64,000 nucleotides of DNA from Leucoraja ocellata (GCA_036785375.1 JAWMAR010001442.1:124001-188000); one strand, 5' to 3'; shown: positions 27,104 to 39,968, counted from the first letter of the stretch. Notes: a model not told the origin generated them from the letters alone. Made by a program: numbers and translations.

Positions 27104-30100
27104 TATAACCATATAACCATATAACCATATAACAATTACAGCACGGAAACAGGCCATCTCGACCCTTCTAGTCCGTGCCGAACACATAATCTCCCCTAGT
27201 CCCATATACCTGCGCTCAGACCATAACCCTCCATTCTCTTCCCATCCATATAACTATCCAATTTATTTTTAAATGATAAAAACGAGCCTGCCTCCACCAC
27301 CTTCACTGGAAGCTCATTCCACACAGCTACCACTCTCTGAGTAAAGAAGTTCCCCCTCACGTTACCCCTAAACTTCAGTCCCTTAATTCTCAAGTCATGT
27401 CCCCTTGTTTGAATCTTCCCTACTCTCAGTGGGAAAAGCTTTTCCATGTCAACTCTGTCTATCCCTCTCATCATTTAAAAAACCTCTATCAAGTCCCCCC
27501 TTAACCTTCTGTGCTCCAAAGAATAAAGCCCTAACTTGTTCAACCTTTCTCTGTAACTTAGTTGCTGAAACCCAGGCAACATTCTAGTAAATCTCCTCTG
27601 TACTCTCTCTTTTGTTGACATCCTTCCTATAATTAGGCGACCAAAATTGTACACCATACTCCAGAATTGGCCTCACCAATGCCTTGTAGAATTTTAACAT
27701 TACATCCCAACTTCTATACTCAATGCTCTGATTTATAAAGGCCAGCACACCAAAAGCTTTCTTTACCACCCTATCTACATGAGATTCCACTTTCAGGGAA
27801 CTGTGCACAGTTATTCCCAGATCCCTCTGTTCACCTACATTCTTCAATTCCCTACCATTTACCATGTACGTCCTATTTTGATTTGTCCTGCCAAGATGTA
27901 GCACCTCACACTTATCAGCATTAAACTCCATCTGCCATCTTTCAGCCCACTCTTCCAACTGGCATAAATCTCTCTGTAGACTTTGAAACTCTACTTCATT
28001 ACCCGCAACCCCACCTATCTTAGTATCATCTGCATACTTACTAATCCAATTTACCACACCATCATCCAGATCATTGATGTACATGACAAACAACAGTGGA
28101 CCCAACACAGATCCCTGTGGCACCCCACTCGTCACTGGCCTCCAACCTGACAAACAACCATCCACCATTACTCTCTGGCATCTCCCATTCAGCCACTGTT
28201 GAATCCATCTTGCTACTCCACCATTAATACCCAACCATTGAACCTTCTTAACCAACCTTCCATGAGGAACCTTGTCAAAGGCCTTACTGAAGTCCATATA
28301 CACAACATCCACTGCTTTACCCTCATCAATTTCCCGAGTAACATCTTCAAAAAATTCAAGAAGATTAGTTAAACATGACCTTCCAGGCACAAATCCATGT
28401 TGACTGTTCCTAATCAGACCCTGTTTATCCAGATGCTTATATATATTATCTCTAAGTATTCTTTCCATTAATTTGCCCATCACTGACGTCAAACTAACAG
28501 GTCTATAATTGCTAGGTTTACTCTTAGACCCCTTTTTAAACAATGGAACAACATGCGCAGTACGCCAATCCTCCGGCACTATTCCCGTTTTTAATGACAT
28601 TTGAAATATTTCTGCCATAGCCCCTGCTATTTCTACACTAACTTTCCTCAATGTCCTAGGGAATATCCTGTCCAGACCTGGAGACTTATCCACTTTTATA
28701 TTTCTCAAAAGTGTCAGTACTTCTTTTACTTTGAACCTCATAGTTTCCATAGCTACTCTACTTGTTTCCCTTACCTCACATAATTCAATATCCTTCTCCT
28801 TGGTGAATACCGAAGAAAAGAAACTGTTCAAGATCTCCCCCATCTCTTTTGGCTCTGCAGATGGATGTCCACTCTGACTCTCTAATGGACCAATTGTATC
28901 CCTCGTTATCCTTTCGCTATTAATATAGCGGTAGAAACCCTTCGGATTTACTTTTACCTTACTTGCCAAAGCAACCTCATATCTTCTTTTAGCTTTTCTA
29001 AATTCTTTCTTAAGATTCCTTTTACATTCTTTATACTCCTCCAGCACCTCATTTACTCCATGCTGAATATAATTATTGTAGATCTCCCTCTTTTTCCGAA
29101 CCAAGTGTCCAATTTCCCTTGAAAACCATGGCTCTTTACAATTTTTACGATTTCCTTTCAACCGAACAGGGACATAAAGATTCTGTACTCTTAAAATTTC
29201 ACCTTTAAATGTACTCCATTTCTCTTCCACATCTTTCCCATAAAACAAACTGTCCCAATTTACTCCTTTTAAATCCTTTCGCATCTCCTCAAAGTTAGCC
29301 TTTCTCCAATCAAAAATCTCAACCCTAGTTCCAGTTTTGTCCCTCTCCATAATTATATTGAAACTAATGGTATTGTGATCACTGGACCCGAACTGTTCCC
29401 CAACGCATACCTCTGCCACCTGACCCATCTCATTTCCCAACAGGAGGTCCAGTACCGCTCTTTCTCTAATAGGTACTTCTATGTATTGTTGCAAAAAACT
29501 ATCCTGCACATATTTTACAAACTCCAACCCATCCAGCCCATTTACAGAATGTGTTTCCCAGTCTATGTGTGGAAAATTGAAATCTCCCACAATCACTGCC
29601 TTGTGCTTACTACTAATATCTGCTATCTCCTTACATATTTGCTCTTCCAATTCTCGCTCCCCATTTGGCGGTCTATAATACTCCCCTATAAGTGTTGCTA
29701 CCCCTTTCCCATTTCTCAGTTCCACCCAAATAGCCTCCCTAGACGAGCCCTCTAATCTATCCTGCCAAAGCACTGCTGTAATATCTTCCCTGATAAGCAA
29801 TGCAACACCTCCACCTCTTGCCCCTCCAATTCTATCACACCTGAAGCAACGAAATCCTGGAATATTTAGTTTCCAATCACAGCCCTCCTGCAACCATGTT
29901 TCACTGATCGCCACAACATCATACTTCCAGGTGTCAATCCAGGCTCTAAGTTCATCCACTTTTCTTACAATGCTCCTAGCATTAAAATATACATATTTAA
30001 GAAACCCACCCTCTCTTATTCTCTGATTATTTTCTTTTTCTACTCTCTCCCCTACATTTTGGGTCAGAGTGCTACCATTCTCTGCCCCCTGCTTCACACA

Positions 30101-31338
30101 CTGACTGCTAGCTTTCCCAATTTGAGTCCCTCCCCCCAACCATACTAGTTTAAAGTCTCCCCAGTAGCCTTTGCAAATCTCCCCGCCAGGATATTGGTCC
30201 CCCTTGAGTTCAAGTGCAACCCGTCCTTTCTGTACAGGTCGCACCTTCCCTAAAGAGGTCCCAATGATCTAGAAACTCGAATCCATACCCACTGCACCAG
30301 TGCCTCATCCACGCATTTATCCTCCACCTCGCTCCATTCCTACTCTCACTGTCGCGTGGCACAGGCAGTAATCCTGAGATTGTTACCTTTCTAGTCCTTC
30401 TCCTTAACTCTCTACCTAACTCCCTAAATTCTTCTTTCAGGACCTCTTCTCTTTTTTTCTCTATGTCGTTGGTACCTATATGCACCCCAACTCAGGCTCC
30501 TCTCCCTCCCATTTCAGGATTTCTTGGACACGTTCAGACACATCCCTGACCCTGGCACCAGGGAGGCAAACTACCATCCGGGACTCCTGTCTGCGTCCAC
30601 AGAATCGCCTATGCGACCCCCTGACTATAGAGTTCCCTATTACAATTGCCCTCCCCTTCTTTTCCTTACCCTTCTGAGCAACAGGACCGGTCTTTGTGCC
30701 AGAGGCCCGGCCGCTGTCGCTGCCCCCAGGTAGGCTGTCTCCCCCTCCCTTACTCAAGCATGAGTACTTATTTTCAAGGTGTACAGCCACCGGGGTACTC
30801 ACCAGTCCCTGCCTCTGCCCGTTGCCCTTCCTAACTGTGACCCAGTTTTCTGTCTCCCGTGGTCTTGGAGTGACCACCTCCCTGTAACTCCTTTCTATGA
30901 CCTCCTCGCTCTCCCTGAGCAGACAGAGGTCATCGAGTTGCTGTTCCAGGTTCCTGACACGGTCCCTTAGGAGCCCCATCTCGACGCACCTGGCGCAGAT
31001 GTGGAAGTCTGGAGGGCACTCCGACTCCATGACCTCCCACATCTGACATCCAGAACAGTAAACTGCCCTGGCCCTTATCCGAATACAATAAAGCCTTACC
31101 TGGGATACAAGCCAATCAGCTGCTTCCTCTGGTCCTCTTCCACCAATCAGAGGCTTCCACTAGAATCAGAATCCTTCTCTGGAAGTGAGATGGAACGTTG
31201 CAGATTTGGGTAACTCACAGCTCCAGGTAAGTCCTCCTCTCGCCAACGGCTCCCCGGGCCTCTGTAGAAGCAAACCCCGCGCTGTTTTTATACTCACAGC
31301 TCCAGGTAACTCCTCCTCTCACCAACGGCTCCCCGGAA
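27104..31338 (-). mobile_element. Full-length CR1 LINE inserted in L1 ORF2
   Basis: 5'UTR with a duplicated ~42-bp motif, ORF1 (30476-31042 and 30210-30485, SGNH-like), ORF2, and a (tataacca)n tail at ~27103-27132. Confidence 0.95.
27584..30244 (-). pseudogene. CR1 ORF2 (APE endonuclease + RT), open for 886 codons, frameshifted near the C-terminus
   Basis: NARS, SETW, YRPP, GDFN, SDH, KSPGLD, NYRPVSLTS, DFSKAFD, GVPQGSVLGP, YADD. Confidence 0.93.
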
Positions 31339-34300
31339 TTTGAATAACAAAAATTGTAATAAAAATCCAATGATACATATTACAATTAGAACTTGGAAAC
31401 AAATAAAACAGAACTTAAAATTAAGAAATCTATCTCTGCTAATGCCAATAGCCTATAACCCTTCGTTTAAACCCTCAATTATAAATAAATCATTTGCCCA
31501 ATGGGAAAGAACGGGAATCAAAACGCTCGGAGGCCTGTATGAATTAGGGAATTTATTACCATTTCAACAATTACAACTGAAATATAACTTGAAAAATAAT
31601 CAATATTTTAAATATCTTCAAATCCGTGATTATCTGAAAAAATATACAAAAGACTATTATAATATGCCCCCAGACTTATTAGATGAAGCCATGAAGATAA
31701 AGGCTGAATCAGCAAATCTAATATCGTACTTATATATAATATATTGAATATAGAAATACCTACAACAGATAATATTAGAAGAGACTGGGAACAAGAACTA
31801 GCTATAAAAATTTCAAAAGAGAGCTGGGATAAACACTTATTATATGTGCATAAATGCTCGATCAACGTACGACATACTCTAATCCAATATAAAACATTAC
31901 ATAGACTATATTATTCAAAAACTAAAATAAATAAACTTTTCCCCAATGTCTCACGCATTTGTGATAAATGTCAGTTACAAGAAGCTAACATAGCGCACTC
32001 TTTTGTTTTATGTATAAAAATTCAAAAATTCTGGAACTAAATATTTGAAATCTTTACAAAATTATTTAAAACAAAACTACTACCCAAAGTAGAATGGATC
32101 ATTTTTGGAATATCGGAAGGTAACCCAGAATTAAATATGTTTCAAAAGAACTTACTTAATTATGGGCTAACGATGGGAAAAAAGCTTATACTTAAATTTT
32201 GGAAAAATGCTCCAATACCAACAACAAAAATGTGGATTTCAAACATGTTCGAAACACTACACTTGGAAGCGATGAGACTCCTCCTAGCAGGCAAAGCAGA
32301 TCACTTCCAAAAGACGTGGTCTGCATTTATGGAACTATTACAAGCATAAGCTGCAATAATAAGTTAAAACATAAAGGCTACCAGGACCTGGTAACGGGGG
32401 GTATAAAATAATTTTTTAATAAAAACACGGTTGGTATATCCTTTTTTGCGGAGTTTTTTGTTACAATAGAGTGATTGATTTTCCTTTCTTCTTTTTTTTC
32501 TTTTCTTTCTAGGGTCTTATTTATTTTCTTTACTTCCTTCTCTAATTCCTTCCCTAAGGGGTTCTTTTCTCCCAACACTTTCCTGCACCTTCACGATTCT
32601 TGCTCACTTTCCTTACTTCTTTTGTTTCTATCTTTTTTAAAGCTTAAAAAATGAAGTGGTACAACATAATGTAATAAGATATATGCAATGTATTAATGTG
32701 ATTTACTGAACTGCTAATAAAAATAAAATGAAAATAAATAAATAAATAAATAAACTTTATTCGACACAGTCATCACAGGCATATGATACAACAGATCAAA
32801 ACATAATCAGAAATTACACTATATCAAATAATCATTATAGTACAAATGTGCATTCATTGTTTACAATACTCTCAACCCCACGCGGTGACCAGCGCCCACG
32901 GAATTCCTCCAGAGTACCCGTGGACACCGCGTGTTCCCTCTCCAGGGACACACGTGCACGGACATAGGCCCGAAAGAGGGGCAGGCATCCGACTCTTGCC
33001 TGACCCTCGACCGCCCGCTGCCTGGACCCGCCAATGGCCATCTTGGCCAGGCCCAGGAGCAAACCGACAGGGAAGTCCCACCCCACCCCCCCACTTGGCT
33101 CTCCCCACACCCTGCCTTGTGTCCAAACACAAGAATCGTAGGACTAAAATGTAACCAGTGCTTGAGGAACAACCCTTTCATATATATAACAATAGGAACA
33201 AACTCTCTTCCTGGCTGCAGAAAATACAGGTGGTAGACGAGCCCGTGAACCGACTCTAAAGTTTATTACACGCCACCGCTCTATGCAGCACTCTCCACCC
33301 CAGGTCCCCAATGTAAAGGGGGACAACTCCCTTATAGATGGACCCCCACTGGGGACCTTTCCCACCTTTGGGTGGGAACACAGACTGCCATGGTGTGTCA
33401 GGGCGGGAGATGAAGGCAAGGAGGTGCAGAAAGTACAGGAACATTCTGTACAGTGAGCGTCTCTTCGCATCACGAAACGGCATGCTGGTCATCTCAGAGA
33501 GGTGGCTCAGGTTGTGTGGAGCCGGTTCCCGAGAAATATCCCAGAGTCGAGGCCCGATGAGCAGATCTGATGATGCGGGTGAAAGCTCATTCAGAACCAC
33601 TCTAGGCACGCGCCTCTCCTCGACACTCGCCATGACAGAGTGAGGACCGGCCACTCCCGCAGCCGCAACATCCCCTTCCCCTCGTGGAGTGACACGCTGG
33701 CTGAAAACAGCCAAATTCCTCACTCTTAGCACATCCCAGTAGAAAACAGGCAAGCCCCTTAGGGCGGTTCGACTGATGCCCGCCACCGGGAGCCGTGAGA
33801 CCCCCCCTTAGGCAACGACCCCGACGGAAACAATATGTGGCCAAAGCATGCCATCTGGGGGGGTTCTCTACATACATGTACCTCCGCAAAGTCCTGAGAT
33901 GGAGAGCCGCCACCTGGGTACGCACACACACCAAGGACTGGCCGCCCTCCTCTAACGGGAGACTCAGAACCGCTGCGGAAACCCAGTGCTTCCTATTTCC
34001 CCAAAAGAAATCCACCAGCTTCCTCTGTAAAGCAGTTACAAATATGGAAGGTGGGACAAGAGTAGCCGGCTGCTACCATAACACGGAAGCCACCAGCTGG
34101 TTTATGACCAGCACCCTCCCCTGAAAGGATAGAACTCCAAGCAGGCCTGACCAGCGCCCCAGCCGGGCAACCACTTTCGTTTCCAACTCCTGCCAATTTG
34201 CCGGCCAATCATCCTCAGTGGGACTCAGGTACACTCCCAGATAGAGGAGGTGCGTGGTGCTCCACGCAAACATTGCCATCTCCTCTGGCAGGGAGTCCAC

Positions 34301-36091
34301 CTGCCACTGACCCACTAAAAGTCCAGAGCACTTGCTCCAATTAATCCTGGCAGAAGATGCATCCGAGAAGATCTTCTGGCAATCACGCATCCGCCGCAGG
34401 TCACCAGGATCGGTGAACATAAGGAGTACATCATCGGCATACGCCGAAAGAACCACCTTTCACCCCCGGGCCCGGTAGGGCCAGGCCTGCCAATCTCCAC
34501 CGAAGAAGACACAGGAATGGCTCCACACAGACCGAGTACAACTGACCCAACATGGGGCACCCCTGACGGACCCCCCTCCCAAAACGAAAGGGAGACAACA
34601 ACGCACCATTCACAAGGCACTCCACTGCAGCATACAAAAGCCAGACCCCGAGCCACAAAATGCGGTCCAAATCCAAACGCTTGCAACGTCCCGAAGAGGT
34701 ATTCATGCTCTACCCTATCAAAAGCCTTCTCCTGATCAAGAGACAGAAACGCAGCTGACTGACCAGTACCCTGTGCTAGATGAATCAGGTCCCTAACCAG
34801 GTGCATGTAATCCTGAATGGACCGACCAGGGACTGTGTAGGACTGGTCAGGGTGAATCAGTTGAGACAGCACGGAGCCCATGCAATTTGCCATCGCCCGT
34901 GCAAAAACTTTGTACTCTATACATGGGAGGGAGACCGGGCACCAGTAATTCACCAAGCGGAGTTGCCCCTTCTTGGGCAGCAAGACAACAACTGCTCTAC
35001 GCCACGAGAGGGGCATCTCCCCTGTCGCCAGGCTCTCCCCCAGAACCAACATGTAATCACCCCCAGGATATCCCAGAAAGTTATAACATACTTTACCGTC
35101 AACCCATCCAGCCCGGGGGACTTACCCCTCCTGAGCTGATGCAATGCACGAATCAACTCCTCCAAAGATAAGGAGCCATCAAGAAGATCGGCCACCTCCC
35201 TTTCTACAGTTGGTGGACCCTCCCACAGGTCCTGCTGAGCCTCCCCGCTGAATCCACCTGCGGAGAACAGGGACCCGTAAAAGGACCTGACCAGGGCACT
35301 AATCCTCTCCGGATCAGTGACAGAGGAGCCATCGTCTGCGAGAAGCTCTACGACCTGTTTGCGGGCTCCCCGCCCTTTCTCCAGAGAGAAAAAGAAAGGT
35401 GAAGCTCAGTTCAGATCGTGCAGCATCTGGACACGCAACCTCACGTAAACGTCTCGGGACCGCTCAAGTTGCAGGTTCCTCAAGGCTTCCTTCTTCTCCT
35501 GAATTCCGCATTCACAGGAGTCATCACTAAACTGACCCAGGCGAGACTCTGCATCCAGTAGCTCCCTCTCAAGCCTCTCGACCGCAGAGTCCTGCCGTCC
35601 GGTCGACCCCCACGTGTATTCCTTATGTGTATTCCTTACCTGAAATTGGAGAGTTCAATGTTCATACCGCTATTTCAGGAAGTCCTTGCTTTCTCACTCT
35701 TTCCCCTCCCCTTCCCAGCTCTCCCACAGCCCACAACCCACTGTCCCCGTCTCTTCCTTTCTTCTCCCCCCCCCCCCACACTTCAGTCTGAGGAAGGGTC
35801 TCGACCTGAAACATCACCTATTCCTTCGCTCCGTAGATGCTGCCTCACCCACTGAGTTTCTCCAGCATTTTGTCTACCATTGGTGTCTAAACCCATGACT
35901 ATAAGCTTAAGGGAAGAGCATCTGCTGACTTTACCTGGTCTTGTTATGTGACTCCAGGCCCCCAGTTATGTAGCCGACCCGTATCAGCTCTGAAATGGCC
36001 CAGGGAAACATCCAGTTCAAAGGCGTTTGTGGACGGGAAATAAATGTTAGTTCACTTCACTTGCACCTCCTCCAACCTCATCTACTGTATC
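28938..36091 (+). repeat. Direct segmental duplicate of 1-7169 (offset ~28.9 kb)
   Basis: Colinear CR1, L1 3' end, Tx1 and PLE fragments. About 11 differences in the first ~540 bp by eye. Identity ends at 'tactgtatc' (7169 vs 36091). Confidence 0.95.
32753..35624 (-). mobile_element. Tx1-like non-LTR retrotransposon, 5'-truncated
   Basis: ORF fragments 34950-35195, 34315-35052, 34073-34456 (SAYADD), 33256-33786 and 32835-33110. Confidence 0.85.
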
Positions 36092-36358
36092 CACTGTTCA
36101 AGGTGTGGACTCTTACACATCTGCGAGACCAAACGTAGACTGGGCGATCGTTTCGCTGAACACCTTCGCTCAGTCCGCCTGGACCAACCTGATCTCCCGG
36201 TTGCCAAACACTTTAATTCCCCATCCCATTCCCACACTGACCTGTCTGTCCTGGACCTCCTCCACTGTCAGAGTGGGATGAAACACAAGTTGGAGGAACA
36301 GCATCTCATATTTCACTTGGACAGCTTACAACCCAGCAGTAGGAATATTGATTTCATG
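36044..36358 (+). mobile_element. Penelope-like element GIY-YIG endonuclease fragment
   Basis: FTCTSSNLIYCIHCSRCGLLHICETKRRLGDRFAEH...VAKHFN...LEEQHLIF...LQPSSRNIDF matches the recalled PLE GIY-YIG pattern. The copy at 7122 is cut at 7169. Confidence 0.8.
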
Positions 36359-36367
36359 AATTGTTTC

Positions 36368-38300
36368 CATGTCCCAGCTACACTAGTCCCACCTGCCTGT
36401 GTTTGGCCCACATCCTTCCAACCCTGTCCTATCCATGTACCTGTCCAACTGTTTCTTAAATATTGGGATAGTCCCAGCCTCAACTACCTCCTCCGGCAGT
36501 TCATTCCATACACCCACCACCCTGCGTGGAAAAGTTTACCTCTCAGATTCCTATTCAATCTTTTCCCCTACACTTTGAACCTATGTCCTCTGGTCCTGGA
36601 TTCCCTTACTCTGGGCAAAAGACTCTATGCATCTACCCAATCTATTCCTCTCGTGATTTTGTACACCTCTATAAGGTCACCATTCAACCTCCTGCGCTCC
36701 AAGGATTAGAGTCCCAGCCTACGTAACCTCTCCCTATAGCCGACCCTGATATCCTGGCAACATCCTCATAAATCTTCTCTGTACCCTTTCCAGCTTGTTG
36801 ACATCTTCCCAATAACATTGTGCACAAAACTGAACACAATACTCTAAATGTGGTCCCATCAATGACATATAATAGACAATAAACAATAGGTGTCGGAATA
36901 GGCCATTCGGCCCTTCGAGCCAGCACCGCCATTCAATGCGATCATGGCTGATCATCCACAATCAGTAGCCCGTTCCTGCCTCCTCCCCATATCCCCTGAC
37001 TCCGCCATCTTTAAGAGCTCTCTCTTAAAAATATCCAGAGAACCTGCCTCCACCCCCCTCTGAGGCAGAGAATTCGAACATGACCTCTCAACTTCTATAC
37101 TCAATACACTGACTGATGAATCCAATGTGTCAAAAGTCTTTTTGACCACCCGAACTATCTGCGACTACACCTTCAAGGAACCATGCACCTGTAATCCTAG
37201 ATCCCTCTGTTCTACAACACTCACCGGAGGCCTACCCCATTGTCTGGTCATGCCCCAATGTCTTTTCCCCGTGGTGTGTTACTCCAATACCTGGCCCCAT
37301 GGGCTTTCCTGCAATGTTTGGCCCTCTGACCTATGCCATTTGGATCAGGTGCTGGAGTTGACTCTTCAGTATCAGTTGTATTCTTTTCGGAACCTGTTCA
37401 TGTACTCCTCTCCTGATGCATTTTAGCCCAGTATCTGGTGTATTTGGTGCACTCATAGAGTCATAGATTAATACAGTGCGGAAACAGGCCCTTCGGCCCA
37501 ACATGCCCACACCGGCCAACAATTTTTGTATGTATTGTATTGTATTGTATTCAATTTATTGTCATTGTCCCAATTTGGGACAACGAAATGAATTTTCCTT
37601 ACAGGCAGTATCATTAAAAAAAATCACAAAGAAATAATAAAAATAAATAATAAATAAATAATAAAACATATTAAAAATAAAATTGAAATTGAATTAAAAT
37701 TTAAATAAAAAAAGCACAAACACAGATAGTCCACAACACAACATAACATATATGGCACCAAGGTGAGGAAGGCACCATAGTCCAGCCAGCCTCCCCTCCA
37801 TGTTCATCCGTGGTCGGGGCCTTCCGAGCACCCGCAGTCGCCGCCCCGGGTGGCCCGATGTTCAGGCCCTCACGCCGGGCTCAATGTCCCAAATACCCTA
37901 GTCCCACTTGCCTGCACTTGGTCCATATCCCTCCAAACCTGCCCTACCCATGTACCTGTCCAACTGTTTCTTAAACGATGGACTACCTCCTCTGGCAGTT
38001 TGTTCCATACACCCACCAACCTCTGTGTGAAAAAGTTACCCCTCAATTCCTTTTAAATCTTTTCCCCTTCACCTTGAACCCATGTCCACTGGTCCTCGAT
38101 TCCCCTACTCTGGGTAAAAGACTCTGTGCACCCACCCGATCTATTCCTCTTATGATTTTGTACATCTCTATAAGATCACCCCTCATCCTCGTACGCTCCA
38201 TAGAATAGAGACCCACCCTGCTCAACCTCTCCCTGTAGCTCACACCCTCGAGTCCTGGCAACATCCTGGCAACATCCTCGTAAAAGTCCTGGCAACATCC
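36368..38300 (-). mobile_element. Cluster of nested CR1 3' fragments
   Basis: LEYCVQF...LERVQRRF (36734-36961) and RMRGDLIEMYK (38043-38264). A second CR1 tail (caatagac) lies at ~36870-37075. Confidence 0.75.
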
Positions 38301-38367
38301 TCAGCTGAAGTCCCTAAAGTGATGAGTAAAATGATGATCAACTCCAAACATTTCATGTTTTTGTTAT

Positions 38368-38378
38368 TTTATTTTATT
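38368..38378 (-). promoter_or_regulatory. Candidate polyadenylation signals (tandem AATAAA) for the membrane IgW mRNA
   Basis: tttattttatt on + gives two overlapping AATAAA on -, ~690 nt after the TM2 stop. Confidence 0.55.
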
Positions 38379-38780
38379 TATGTATCTAATTTCAAATGAA
38401 AACATGCAGTTCAGCAGAAAAATTAAAAAATAAGCTGCAGACAATGAGTTAAACAACATCTGCTTTACAAAACCTGATTGAGCAAGTCCCCAAGCATTGC
38501 CCCCCCCCCTCCCCTCCACCACATTGCTTCCTGTTCCTTCTCCCCTCCCCATGCTACCTTCTTGCACCTAGGGCATCAGCGCATCCCTCCCCCTCCCACA
38601 CTCCCCTCTTCTCCTTCACTCATCACATTCCCATCTGCTCCCCTTTCCCAAACATGAATCCTGCCTTCCTCTCCCATTCCTGAATGCCACCCACTCCAGT
38701 GTCTTATACCCTGACATTTTCCCACTGTCATGTCCTATCCTGTCCTTCCCACCCACTCGCCCCCCCCACCCCCCCACCCC

Positions 38781-38870
38781 CCACCCCCCGCCCACTCGCC
38801 CCACCCCCCGCCCAGTCACCCCACCCCCCGCCCACTTGCCCCACCCCCCGCCCACTCGCCCCACCCCCCT
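38781..38870 (-). repeat. G-rich 20-bp minisatellite (~4.5 copies) in the putative TM2 3'UTR
   Basis: Unit ccaccccccgcccactcgcc on +. Confidence 0.85.
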
Positions 38871-39056
38871 CAGTCCCAACCGGTTTCTTCCCCAGCATCC
38901 CCAGTGCATTCCCAAGTTTATCTCCTGTAATGAGCGTTTGCAGAGCAGTAGCCTCAGATTGCCGAGTGAGTGAGTGAAAGACAGGGAGACTCCATTTGTC
39001 AACGTCAACAGCTGCATGGCGATCTCGTGAGTGAATGTGGCGTGTGGGTCGGCTGG

Positions 39057-39068
39057 TCATTGTTGCAC
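39057..39068 (-). CDS. IgW: IgW TM2 exon coding part (VQQ-stop)
   Basis: Acceptor 'tctaactttcctgtgtatattacag|GTG CAA CAA TGA'. Phase 0 matches the TM1 donor AAG|gtaac and gives the short K-V-Q-Q tail typical of membrane Ig. Confidence 0.75.
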   Translation of the reverse strand: MQQ

Positions 39069-39136
39069 CTGTAATATACACAGGAAAGTTAGATATTGTG
39101 TGTGACAAGGTGCAGCACAGATGGTGACCTGCAGGG

Positions 39137-39385
39137 AAACATAGAAACATAGAAATTAGGTGCAGGAGGAGGCCATTCGGCCCTTCGAGCCTGCACCGCC
39201 ATTCAATATGATCATGGCTGATCATCCAACTCAGTATCCCATACCTGCCTTCTCTCCATACCCCCTAATCCCCTAAGCCACAAGGGCCACATCTAACTCC
39301 CTCTTAAATATAGTCAATTAACTGGCCTCAACTACCCTCTGTGGCAGGGAGTTCCAGAGATTCACCACTCTCTGTGTGAAAAAAA
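39137..39385 (-). mobile_element. CR1 3' end fragment
   Basis: (aaacatag)n tail, ggccattcggcccttcgagcc stem, ttcaccactctctgtgtgaaaaa. Confidence 0.8.
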
Positions 39386-39654
39386 ACAGGCAAACTAAAG
39401 GGACAGGCAAACTAAATAACAGACAGTCTGTCCTTAACCTCAGAGATGGACCCTCATGGACAGGGGGTCTGCAACATTTCTAGGACCCTCGAGGATTGGT
39501 GGTCTGTGCATGTGTGTAGGAGATGGACCCTCATGGACAGGTGGTCTTTCATTAGTGGCCCAGGTCAACTCTAAGGGATACACAGTCTGAATGCCAGTTG
39601 TGGGCTGAAGAGAGGTCCCGTACTTGGGCTCAGTTTCCAGATACGGAGTACCCT

Positions 39655-39968
39655 GTTAGTTGTAGTTCAGTGATACAGCATCAAACAAGCCCTTCAGCCC
39701 AGGGAGACTGCGCCGACCTGCGATCCCTGCACATTAACACTACCCTACACACACTAGGGACAATATTTTTACATTTACATCAAGCCAATTAACCTACAAA
39801 CCTGTACATCTTTGGAGTTTGGGAGGAAAGCGAAGATGTCGGAGAAAACATACGCATGTCACGGGGAGAACGTACAAACTCCGTACAGACAGCACCAGTA
39901 GTCAGGATGGAACCCATATCTCTGGCACTGTAAGGCAGCAGCTCTATCGCTGTGCCACCGTGACGCCC
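39655..39968 (-). mobile_element. tRNA-derived SINE
   Basis: The reverse complement begins gggcgtcacggtggcacagcgatagagctgctgcc; same family as 8960-9252. Confidence 0.75.

Larger units (their letters stand above)
17258..32752 (+). mobile_element. Near full-length L1-clade LINE (~6.3 kb without inserts), interrupted by DIRS (21859-26786) and CR1 (27104-31338)
   Basis: 5' end 'gacttccggttg', ORF1, ORF2, (AAAT)n tail. 12-bp TSD aactttattcga at 17246-17257 and 32753-32764. Confidence 0.93.

Noticed and set aside
27103-27132. Short tandem repeats (tataacca)n, (aaacatag)n, (ttcaga)n as independent arrays
   Set aside because: These are LINE 3' tails or microsatellites without spacers.
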